DNA of 64,000 nt from Octopus bimaculoides (Eukaryota). Both the position numbers and the translations under genes were made by a program. Every line of letters begins with the position of its first letter. Within the stretch, counting starts at the first letter, position 1. The notes under the pieces are model-generated. The model worked only from the letters and a program-made list of their open reading frames with translations, did no database searches and was not told where the DNA came from. Shown here piece by piece: positions 21,866 to 33,481 of the stretch. Location of the stretch: NCBI RefSeq assembly GCF_001194135.2, contig NC_068991.1, positions 67,412,967 through 67,476,966 of the forward strand, written 5' to 3'.

Positions 21866-22662
21866 ATCTGAAGAGTAACTGCTTTGGTTTAGTATGTAAC
21901 ATCTTCATTCATTATTTTATGTCTGCTTTCCATGCTGGTATGGGTTGGATTGGTTATCATGATTTGAGTTCACTGAGACAAGACACCTAACCCCCTTACC
22001 AATTAAACTGGCCATACCTGGCCTGAATATTCTTATTTTATATACAAACCGGCCATATCTGACCACTCACACCTACCCTACAATGTCATTCTAAAGATAA
22101 ACAATCACATCACTGAAATGTCAAAACTACAAGATAATGCATGATTAATTCAAACTGATGTGAGTAAATAAATATTACATTTGATTGATCAACTACCAAG
22201 CTATATTAATGATGGGTTATCTTTGTGCTAGTTTACTGTACATCCAACTAATCATTCCTGAACAATCTGTAAAATGCAGTCATTCAAATTCCTCAGTATA
22301 TCAGACAAATCTCCTTCAACAAGCTCATTATAGCTTTTAAAATTAGTATACACATATGTTAAGTCCTAAATCTTGAGTCAGCTTGCTCACAATACAGATG
22401 AGATGACTAGAGTAAGATACTGCAATTATATGCAAATTAGTTGGTCAGATAGTGAAGGTGTATGACTTAGTGGTTAAAGTGTTCAACTCATGACTGAAAT
22501 ATCAATTTCCGAACTGGGCAGTGCAAGAGCAATGCACTTCATTTCACATTGGGTCCTGTCTATTTAGCCGTAATGAGCACCAATGCATCTCTCTCTACCT
22601 CCTGTTGTCATATTCTTCTCAATCTCACTGATTCTTGGCTCAGTGAAACATCCAGGTGTCTA

Positions 22663-23369
22663 CAGGGTGGCCACAAAGCCATGCACCATGGGAGATATCA
22701 TGTATGCTTTATTAGCAATGAAGTAGGTAATCCATTACAAATGTTCAAAGTGTTGGCCATGTAGCTCTAAACATGTGTTCATACAGAATTTGAAATTGCA
22801 ATGAACCCTCTCAAATAATTCTTCATTGCCATTGATTTGTTCACATGCTTCAACAATTCTTTGAAGATGTCCTTGGTCACAAATTTTTTCAGAATACACA
22901 AGGGGTTTAATGTAGCCCGAGAAGAAAAGGTCCATGGGAGTTAAATCTGGTGACCGCGGTTCCTATTCAATTGGCCTGCGACACCCGAGCCATCTCCTTG
23001 GAAAATTTTCATGCAGAAAATCACGAACCTGTAATGCATAATGGGGTAGAGCCCCATCCGGCTGACAACCAGACAGGATTTTCCTTTTCAAGTGAATGCA
23101 TGTGAGGCATCATCTTGTTGCCAAGCATGTCCAGATATAAATCACCGGATACAAATCAAAATAAAATGGTCCAGTTACTTGATTGTACCAAATCCTACAC
23201 CACACCATTACCTTGCCCCCCCCCCCTCGCCTTATTGATTATCTGCCCCCAACCAATGAGGATTGGTTTGTGAGTAATATCGACAGTTGTGAAAAAAAGA
23301 TAAAAAAAAAAAGAGAATGTTAGCAATTTCACATATTGCAGGATGGTGCGTGACTTTATGGCCACCCTG
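22663..23369 (-). mobile_element. Internally deleted Tc1/mariner transposon, DD41D (rosa) type
   Basis: Imperfect TIR CAGGGTGGCCA(C/T)AAAG, TA TSD; minus-strand transposase C-terminus QPDGALPHY...RWLG...IE*EPRSPDLTPMDLFFSGYIK...HGQHFEHL; 41 residues between second and third Asp; W mutated to TAG. Confidence 0.85.
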
Positions 23370-24099
23370 TATCTCATCATCATCGTTTAACGTCCGTTCT
23401 CCACGCTGGCGTGGGTTGGACGGTTCCACTGGGGTCTGGGAAGCCAGGAGGCTGCACCAGGCCCCAATCTGATCTGGCAGTGTTTCTACAGCTGGATNNN
23501 NNNNNNNCAGGCCCCAATCTGATCTGGCAGTGTTTCTACAGCTGGATGCGCTTCCTAACACCAACCACTCCAAGAGTGTAGTGGGTGCTTTTAACATGCC
23601 ACTGGCACAGGGGCCAGAGGAGCTGGCATCAACCACAATTGGATGGTGATTTTTACGTGCCACCGACATGGAAACCAATCAAAGCGGCACTGGCATTGGC
23701 CATGTTCGGATGGTGCTTTTTACATGCTACCGGCATGGGGGTCACAACTACAATTTCCATTTGATTTGATTTTGATATTGTTGTTGATGTACTTGACTCA
23801 ATAGGTCTCCTCAAGCACGGTATGTCGCCCTACGATCCACAATTACACAGCACCTAAAACAAATAGTAAAATCATGGTACATGTTACCAAGCCGCACTTC
23901 TTTACAAGTGACAGCTAGATATATGTACCTTGATCATCTTCCTCGGTATCCAAAACAGAGCTGCATGGATACTTTTGTATTACTTGCAGAGTAAGTAATT
24001 TTTGAGAAAGTAACAAAACTATTTCAGATCAAAAAAAAAATTTAAAAAAAAAAAAAAAAAAGGAAAAAAAGCAACCAAAGAAACAGATAAATAGAAATT

Positions 24100-24309
24100 T
24101 CATTGTGAAAATTTATTACGTTCAAATTCATTAAATAATAAAAAATCTTTCAGTGAGTTAGGAATGTGAAGTTTTTTGATGTTGTCATCTATCGAAACCT
24201 TCAAATGTCTCCGAATACTAATGCGACACCATTCTTTCAGTGTTCGTTCTGGAAATAGTAAAGACGTTAACCATGGTATCACTTGTTTGTAGTTGTTGCA
24301 TTTCTCAAT
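24100..24309 (-). CDS. ASB protein terminal exon encoding the SOCS box
   Basis: ctttttgcag acceptor, phase 0; RTLKEWCRISIRRHL...IKKLHIPNSLKDFLLF is a canonical SOCS box (BC box LxxxCRxxIR, Cul5 box LxIPxxLKxFL); stop at 24100. Confidence 0.9.
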   Translation of the reverse strand: MEKCNNYKQVIPWLTSLLFPERTLKEWCRISIRRHLKVSIDDNIKKLHIPNSLKDFLLFNEFERNKFSQ

Positions 24310-24541
24310 CTGCAAAAAGAAACGAGAAATTTTTCTTGTTAATTCCTGGAAATAAATTACATTCTTAATTATTATTCAAAATATGGGCAGACTCTTATTC
24401 TGAACCCTAAACAATGTGAATAGATACTGTAGATGGAAACTGAAAAGAAGCCCATCATATATATATATGTATATATATATATCGTCTGTAAACATAAATC
24501 CTAAGAAAGAAGCACACTCTAAGTTATAGAGCAGTATATAT

Positions 24542-25190
24542 TAAAGCTAGATAAGGATGGTGCATGGGATTACTTTAGGCTTCACATCCATAAAGGGCCT
24601 GGCTTTATGGCATCTCATCAGATCGCAAAACCTGTTGGCTAAAGGCCTCTCTAGAATATGGAGGAAAGGATGAGCTCGTTACTCAATGTCAACAAAGGGG
24701 ATCGTCTCCCCTTGGCTATTTTTTGCTGATGTCAACAAAGGGGGTTGTGTCCCTTTGGCTATCGAACGCCCGTGCCAACAAAAAGGGTTATATGTCCCTT
24801 TGGCTATCAATCGTTGGTAGCCCTGCTATCTCGTGGGTTCCAATAGGCTAAGAGGAATTTCCTAAAATGCAAGCACAGTCCAAAGACCTCTGTCCTGGAG
24901 TTCAGGAGGTTCCCTGGGTTGAGGGAGTCCTATCGGAATCCATGAGATAGCAGGACCACCAGCGATCGATAACCAAAGGGCCACAACCCTCTTTGTTGAC
25001 ATCAGCGATCGATAGCCAAGGGGAGACAATCACCTTTGTTAACATTGAGTTAACGAGCTCATTTCCTCCTTCATATTTTAGAGAGGCCTTTAGCCAACAG
25101 GTTTTGGGATCTGATGAGATGCCATAAAGCCAGGCCCTTTCTGGATGTGAAACCTAAAGTAATCCCATGCACCAACCTTATCTAACTTTA
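24542..25190. mobile_element. Foldback (long inverted repeat) element, about 650 bp
   Basis: Arms 24542-24847 and 24929-25190 are reverse complements with scattered mismatches; internal ~45-bp subrepeats (gtcaacaaaggg...ccctttggctat); TA-rich flanks; in the last ASB intron. Confidence 0.85.
25105..25167 (+). ncRNA. Type I hammerhead ribozyme motif in right arm of foldback element
   Basis: UGGGAU-CUGAUGA-(helix II with CCAUAAAG/CUUUCUGG)-GAAA-C-cuaaa-G-UA-AUCCCA: perfect 6-bp helix I, GUA triplet with cut after 25161. Mirror copy on the minus strand at 24565-24627 has GAAG and a helix I mismatch. Confidence 0.7.
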
Positions 25191-25465
25191 TATATATAGA
25201 TAAATAAATAAATATCTGTGTGTATATATATGCATACACATATATGCAAGCATATATATATGCATACATACATGTGTATGCATAAATATATACATATGCA
25301 TTTAAATATATAAACACATACATACAAATACATACATACATACAAATACATACGTACAAATACATACATACATACAAATACATACGTACAAATACATACA
25401 TACATACATACATATATACAAATACATACATACATATACATATATACATATATATATATATATAG
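25190..25465. repeat. Compound (TA)/(TACA)/(CATA) microsatellite, one of many in the window
   Basis: Direct reading; accounts for the Y/I/V/C/M-rich pseudo-ORFs in the ORF track. Confidence 0.9.
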
Positions 25466-27714
25466 GTGCATGTGTGACTGTGTTGTAAGAAGCTTGCTTG
25501 TCAACGACATGGTCCAGCATTTATTTCCAAGGTGCCACACAGCGGGACTGAACCCAGAACCATGTGGTTGGTAAGCAAGCTACTTACCACACAGCCACTC
25601 CTGCTAGCATGAGAAAATAAATATAGAAACATTAACCCTTTTGTTACCATATTCTTGTAGAAACACACTGCCTTTGTTTCAATTAATTTTGAAAATACTA
25701 AAAAATATAGTGAAATAACATTACTTGGCTCAGTGAAACATCCATGATGTGATGGTGTTTGAAACGAAAATTATCCCAAGGAAAGGCTATGAAATTAGAA
25801 CACTTTAAAAAAGGAAGTTTATATCATACAACCAGAGTGATTTCAAGCTCTTTGGTATCAAAAGGGTTTAAAAGAAGCCATTTTTATTGCTATGCATGCA
25901 CACAAACATAAACACACACGTGGTATTACTGGTGTGTATAATAGCTGTCTTATTTTACAGCAAGCAGATGTGACTTCTTTAGATTTTATTTCCCGAAATC
26001 TGTTTAAGCAATATTACACCTATTTGAAATTTGATCATTAGTTTTATACGTTAGCAGTCACATGTTTATTTTTATGTGGCGTGTATGTTGTGCTGTGTGT
26101 TTATTTTCGTGTTGTGCTGTGTTATGAGAAATGCTGGCGTCACCAGTCGTCTATTTTTGCAGGGGGTTTTCTCTACGATATGAACATGTTAGCAATAATA
26201 TTTCTCGTCTTGATGATGGAACTGTGAAAGTCTTGAAAACAATGATTATGATGGATGTAAGAACTTTTATTGTTCTAATTCAGGGCTTCTCAACTGGAGT
26301 CCCATGGATGCAATATAGCAAACTGGGGAGCGGAGAGGGCTACAGTAACTTTTCAGAGGAAAAAAAAATCTCATAATAAAACACTAAAAACTAAAAGTAA
26401 TGGTGCTCGTCATATATACAAATGTATATATGTATGTATGCGTGTGTATGTATGTATGTATGTATGCATCTGTGTATGTATGTCATTATTCAGTTTATTT
26501 CAAGATTTCTTGCTAATAGAGAAAGAACCGGTTTCTAACCTAAAATAAAAATATATATATATATATATCTTATTTCTTTTACTTGTTTCAGTCATTGGGG
26601 CACCACCTTGATGGGTTTAGTAAAATAAAACGACCGCAAGACTTATTTTTAAAACTTGGTACTTATTCTGTCAGACTCTTTTCCTGAAATGCTAAGTTAT
26701 GGGGACATAAATAAACCAACACTGGTTATCAAGCAGTGGAGGGACAAACACAGACGCATACATGTATGTATATACACACACACACATGTATGTATATACA
26801 CACACACATATATATATGTGTATACACATATATATACACAAATGTGTTGTGGAAGGATCCTGACCACCTCCACGTGACTGAAAGTGGACTAATGCATTTC
26901 AATAAAATAACAAAACTGGGTGAAATGTACTGCTGCCAACTGCTACAGTTCACAGCTTCTTTATTTTATTGTCACGTGGGGGTGGTCAGGATTCTTCCAC
27001 AACAATATATGTCACACACACACACACACACACNNNNNNNNNNNNNNNNNNNNNNNNNNNNNNNNNNNNNNNNNNNNNNNNNNNNNNNNNNNNNNNNNNN
27101 NNNNNNNNNNNNNNNNNNNNNNNNNNNNNNNNNNNNNNNNNNNNNNNNNNNNNNNNNNNNNNNNNNNNNNNNNNNNNNNNNNNNNNNNNNNNNNNNNNNN
27201 NNNNNNNNNNNNNNNNNNNNNNNNNNNNNNNNNNNNNNNNNNNNNNNNNNNNNNNNNNNNNNNNNNNNNNNNNNNNNNNNNNNNNNNNNNNNNNNNNNNN
27301 NNNNNNNNNNNNNNNNNNNNNNNNNNNNNNNNNNNNNNNNNNNNNNNNNNNNNNNNNNNNNNNNNNNNNNNNNNNNNNNNNNNNNNNNNNNNNNNNNNNN
27401 NNNNNNNNNNNNNNNNNNNNNNNNNNNNNNNNNNNNNNNNNNNNNNNNNNNNNNNNNNNNNNNNNNNNNNNNNNNNNNNNNNNNNNNNNCCTGTTACTTG
27501 AATACTATACAAATATGTCTTTAAAAAGACTTTTCTTTTAAATTTGCCATAATTTAATTTTTCAATAATTTTTCAAAAATCTATTATTCATATTTACTGT
27601 TGAAAAGATCTCAAGGATCGAAACCGGTTCTGTAATGTTCTTTATAAAAGTATTTTAGCATTTTCTACTTTGTCTTTTTTCCATATATATCTACTCGTGT
27701 GTTCCTCTTCAACC

Positions 27715-27756
<42 letters not shown>

Positions 27757-27994
27757 GTATATATATATACACACACACACCAACACACAATCTTCAATAG
27801 TGTCACCACACATACCACTATATGAGCAGCCACATTACAGACACACACGCCAGAGTCACTAGCCCCTATTCACAACACACACACGTGTACCTTCATTTAG
27901 GATCACCAACACTTTATTATCTCCCTTTCTCTCAACCTCTTCTTTCAAACTTCTTTACTAATCATTCGCCATGCTTGACCACTAAATCTACAAG

Positions 27995-28182
27995 TTTTTT
28001 GTCATTCTCTCTCAATTTATTTCCTCTTATTCCTTTCTTTTGAAGAGCATAGGCTCGAAATGTAAAAGATATTTCTATTTTTCCCCGAGTGTCAAACTAA
28101 TACGCCTGCTTGTTTTTCATACACCTGTCTTCATCTTTTGTTTTTCTATAAATTTCAACTATATATATATATATATATATAT
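27995..28182 (+). mobile_element. Penelope-like terminal repeat fragment with decayed hammerhead motif; other copies 30655-30850 (-) and 57575-57755 (+)
   Basis: Three similar copies ending in (TA)n; shared motif cttt-CTG(T/C)TGA-A-GAGC-ATAG-GCTC-GAAA-CG-TA-aaag. Penelope assignment rests on the hammerhead-like architecture only. Confidence 0.45.
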
Positions 28183-30882
28183 NNNNNNNNNNNNNNNNNN
28201 NNNNNNNNNNNNNNNNNNNNNNNNNNNNNNNNNNNNNNNNNNNNNNNNNNNNNNNNNNNNNNNNNNNNNNNNNNNNNNNNNNNNNNNNNNNNNNNNNNNN
28301 NNNNNNNNNNNNNNNNNNNNNNNNNNNNNNNNNNNNNNNNNNNNNNNNNNNNNNNNNNNNNNNNNNNNNNNNNNNNNNNNNNNNNNNNNNNNNNNNNNNN
28401 NNNNNNNNNNNNNNNNNNNNNNNNNNNNNNNNNNNNNNNNNNNNNNNNNNNNNNNNNNNNNNNNNNNNNNNNNNNNNNNNNNNNNNNNNNNNNNNNNNNN
28501 NNNNNNNNNNNNNNNNNNNNNNNNNNNNNNNNNNNNNNNNNNNNNNNNNNNNNNNNNNNNNNNNNNNGACTTGAAACCATGGTACAGAATATAGATTGGT
28601 AAAAGTTTTTTATTTTTCATTTCCTTTCGAAATTATCCCTAACTTTTGTGGTATGTAGTATTTTTGCTGCTATTTCTAGCGAGTAGATGTCCTATTATAG
28701 GCGTCTCTGCATTTCTAATGAATAATACATAGTCTATTGACTGTTTTTACTCTCGCTAGGCCACTGGTGGTAAATAAAATTTCTAAAATTTTCTTTGCCA
28801 CCCTATAATTTATTAATATATATATATATATATATATACATACATGCACACATACATTCACACACAAACACATACAACAAACAGTTTCCATCTACCAAAT
28901 TCACCTAAACGGCATTGGTCAGCCCAGAGTCATTGTAGAAAACACTTGCCCAAAGTACCATGTTTACTGGGATTGAACCCAAAACCACATGGTTGCAAAG
29001 TGAGCTGCTCTAAACCACACAGCCATGCCTGAGCCTGTGGCTTCTTAATCACACAGCTTTAGTTACAAAATCTTTATAAAATATAATTATTTACTTAATA
29101 GAAACAAAACAAAACAAATATAAATGAAGCCTTTAAAATAAATTCTCTATAATGAAGAGAAATGGTAAAAAGAAACAACTTATTTTTTTATTAGAACTGT
29201 GGTTAATTCCATAAGAAGACTAACATATGCCTTTGATTTTATATGGCCGCTGCTTAGTCAAATAAATCCCCACCACTGCTATCCTAGGCAGGAAAAGAAT
29301 CACAGCGGTTGTCAATAATAGAAAAATAATGACCGTGGTGAGGAGAAAGAAAGCAGTCGAATCTGTAAGTTTTCATTTCCGTAACTGACATTTCTGGTTT
29401 CCTTAATAGTTTACATTACAAGCAATAACAGATGGATCAACTCGTTTCTAGGATAGCAGCAATTAGCTACAGTTCTTAGATCAGTAATAAATGGTGGAAT
29501 TTTCTCAAGAGAATTCCTTTCACTCATGTCAACTGAACAAGAGTCTTGTTATAAGACAACGCTCCAGAAATAATCATTTTAATGTCCATTTTTCTGTGTC
29601 TGCATGGATTGAATGGAGCTCAATGAAGCAGATTTTCTACAGCTAGATGCTCTTTCTGTTGCCAACATTCGTTTTCAAGCATCATAATATTTTCTAATGG
29701 CCAGACATAGCTCTATCATACAAACTTCCTGGTTTAAAATGATCTAAATCAAAGCCTTCTATGAAAATTACATATGTTGCAAACAGTTGAATAATCCTTT
29801 CTACTGAAGGCACAAGGCCTTGAAATTTTGGAGGAGGGGACTAGTTGATTACATTGACCCCAGCGTTTCACTGGTATTTAATTTATCGACCCCGAAAGGA
29901 TGAAAGGCAAAGCCGACCTTGGCAGAATTTGAACTCAGAATGTAAAGACAGACGAAATACTGCTAAGCATTTCACCTGCTAACGATTCTGCCAGGTTGCC
30001 GCCTTACACCTGTTTAATAACGACAGACTTATTTTAACAAGTTCTTCATTATTTTTTTCAATTAATAAATTCTTCATTATTTTTTCAATTAAGAAAACAA
30101 ATTGGAGGCGCAATGGCCCAGTGGTTAGGGCAGCGGACTTGCGGTCATAGGATCACGGTTTCGATTCCCAGACTGGACGTTGTGAGTGTTTATTGAGCGA
30201 AAACACCTAAAAGCTCCACGAGGCTCCGGCAAGAGATGGTGGCGAACCCTGCTGTACTCTTCCACCACAACTTTCTCTTACTTCCTGTTTCTGCTGTGCC
30301 TGTAATTCAAAGGGTCAGCTTTGTCACACACTGTGTCACGCTAGATCTCCCCGAGAACTACGTTAAGGGTACACGTGTCTGTGGAGTGCTCAGCCACTTG
30401 CACGTTAATTTCATGAGCAGGCTGTTCCATTGATCGGATCAATTGGAACCCTCGACGTCGTAAGTGACGGAGTGCCAACAACAACAACAACATTTGTCAT
30501 TGGGCTGTGGCCATTATGGATTTAGTTGAACAAATTGGCCACAGTACTTATTTTTCAAGTCTGGTACATATTTTATCAAACTGCTAAGTTATGAGGATGT
30601 AAACAAAACAATGCTGGTTGTTATGTGGTGAGGAATGACAAACACAAACACACACACACACACACATATATATAGTTGAAATTTACAGAAAAACAAAAGA
30701 TGAAGATAGGTGTATGAACAACAAGCAGATGTATTAGCTTGACACTTGGGAAAGTGAGAAAGTGTTTTACATTTTGAGCCTATGCTCTTCAACAGAAAGG
30801 AATAAGAGAAAATAAATAGGGAGAGAATAAAAAAAACTTGTGGATTTAGCGATCAAGCATGGCGACTGTATGTATGTGTATG

Positions 30883-30918
<36 letters not shown>

Positions 30919-31520
30919 TACATACATACATTGAGCTTTCATACAGTTTCCATCTACCACATTCATTCACAAAGCACTGGTTGAGCTGGAGCTACAGTAA
31001 AAAGCACTTGCCCAAAGTACCATGCTGTGGGACTGAACCTGAAACTGCATGGCTGTAAAGGCAACTTCTGAACCACACAGCCATACCTGTTTATTATTAA
31101 TTCATAGATATTCTGCTGAGATTGATTTTGCCTTTCATTCTTTCAGAGTTGATAAAATAAATACCAGCTGAGTCCTGGAGTGAATGTAATCAACTGGACC
31201 CCTCCCCTAAAATTTCAGGCCTTGTGCCTATAGCAGAAAGAATTTATTCATTCATAAACGCCTTTGCCAGTATCGCCTGACTGGCCTTCGTGCAGGTGAC
31301 ACATAAAAGCACCTACTACACTCTCTGAGTGGTTGGCGTTAGGAAGGGCATCCAGCTGTAGAAACTCTGCCAAATCAGATTGGAGCCTGGTGTTGCCATC
31401 CGGTTTCACCAGTCCTCAGTCAAATCGTCCAACCCATGCTAGCATGGAAAGCGGACATTAAACGATGATGATGATGATGATGATGATAAATGAATGAAAC
31501 AACATTGTAATGTGCTATTT

Positions 31521-31884
31521 TTATTACCTCTGCCTTAATGAGGGCGAGGGTATTGTTTTCAGTCGTGTTTGTTCGTTTGTCTGTGGACAAGATATCTCAA
31601 GAACTGCTGGATGGTTTCAGATGAATCTTTCAGGGATGTTTGGCCTCGTGACTGGCACAACTGATTAGATTTTGGGATTGATCCAGTACTGGACAATGAT
31701 TCTGGATTATTTTTCCAGTTTGTTTTTACTTAATTTTTGAGAGCGGTCAGTTTCACTTTTAGTATTCTCGTTTGTGAGAGCAGTTGAGTTTATTTCTGAT
31801 ATTCTCATTTTAAAAACCATCTTTGGCTAATCGTTGAGAGGACGTTAGCATTGCTTTGGCAGAGGTTTGCGCTCTGAGTGCTTT
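31521..31884 (+). mobile_element. Helentron-associated (HINE/DINE-1-like) non-autonomous element
   Basis: TT-rich flanks, subterminal inverted repeat ACCTCTGCC/GGCAGAGGT, (GTTT)-like microsatellite near the 5' end, short 3' stem-loop gcgctc-t-gagtgc. Confidence 0.6.
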
Positions 31885-32090
31885 TGTTGTTTTTGTTATA
31901 CAATTTTAAAATAATGAAGTTTCAAAATTAAGCTTTTAAATTTCCTCTTTGTTGATTGTTTTAGTACAGTAGAAGTCATCATCATCATCATCATATGAAA
32001 ATTACTGAACAAAAACAGGGCGAGATAAAAGATATAAAAAAAAAGGAGAACAGAAAATAAATGAAGGTAATAAAAAAAATCAAAATTTAC

Positions 32091-33116
32091 CTGTTCAAGT
32101 TTGGAAAACAAACTATCTGTTACATTTATAGTACCATGGAGGGTAGGGGTAAAACCTGCTGCCAATAACAATCTCCAAGAAAGGAATTCTTCACTGTCAA
32201 TTTCAACACTTTCAGGGTTTTCTAAAATGTATTTTGAAAGATTTACAGATACAAGTTCTGTCATTTCTTCGGAAGTAATCCATGCTCCATATGACAATAA
32301 TATTTTTATCTTTTCCAAAGCATTGTGTGCAAATGCAAATATTAATGGCTTCTGCTTCTTCCAGCTACTACCCCGATTCACATTTGCTCCATATTGTAGC
32401 AACAGCTCAACAACTTTAGGGTCCACCGATTCAATCATGCATGCACACCCTAATGCAGTACAGCTATTTTCATCAAGCAGATTTGGGGACATTCCAGATT
32501 CCAGTAAATCCTTAACGATGTCATAATTAGAAAACTGAACGGCACTGGGCAAACAAGTTGCTTCCTTTGATTGTTGGCCATCAGCTTCCAGTAGCAACTT
32601 GGCTATATGTATGGGTGGAGGTATATAAATAGTCTTTTGTTCATCACCAGCAAAGCTCGAATGAGTATGGCAACAAAACCAGTTATTTGCATTCCTAGAA
32701 GTTACTTTCATTGGTGTATTCAATAGATATGATGAGGTATTTATTGTACAGCCAGACTTCAAGAGCAGTTTCACGAGCTCAATGTTGTTATTCTTACAAG
32801 CGATACAGATCGGAGTGCTGCCTTCGTTATCAACCGAATCGATGTTTGCACCATTGGAGATAAGCAAGTCTGTAATTTTTAGAGACAAACTGTTTTCAGG
32901 TTGTGTATCACATATCAAATGAAGTGGTGTCTTGCCGTCTTGACAAGCCAAATTAACATCAACATTTGATTGTATTAATTTCATAATACTATTTACATCC
33001 AAATCAATACAAGCCTTGCACAATGGAGGCCAGTTGCTTTCCATGCTACGATGCTCACTCAGGTGGAACTTGTACAGCTCCATATCCATGAAATTATCAA
33101 CTGTAATGTATTCCAT
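32091..33116 (-). CDS. Ankyrin repeat and SOCS box (ASB family) protein, large ankyrin-encoding exon (exon starts at acceptor 33231)
   Basis: 342 codons from ATG 33116 (in-frame TAA two codons upstream); about six ankyrin repeats (GKTPLHLIC, GSTPICIACKNNNIELVKLLL, SNYDIVKDLLESGMSPN, VVELLLQYGANVN, KPLIFAFAHNALEKIKILLSYGA); donor CAG|gtaaat at 32090, phase 0. Confidence 0.92.
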
Positions 33117-33447
33117 CTTTTAGTTTCGAAAGTTTTTCCTGTTGTAGAAACTTATACTTCTTCTTTATAGTCCAGAATTTACTGAATGCAGAGTAGCAGG
33201 CACCATAATATAAGATGTCAGTCAGAGGTTTCTGTAAAAGAAAGAAATATGAAAGAAATATCATCATCACCATCATCATGATCATATTTGTAAGAAGAAA
33301 TATATAAAATCATCACCATCATCGTTTAATGTCCGTTTTCCATGCTAGCATGGGTTGGACGATTTGACTGAGGACTGGTGAACCAGAAGGCTGCACCAGA
33401 CTCCAATCTGATATATATATAAATATATGTAAATATATGAAATATAT

Positions 33448-33481
<34 letters not shown>

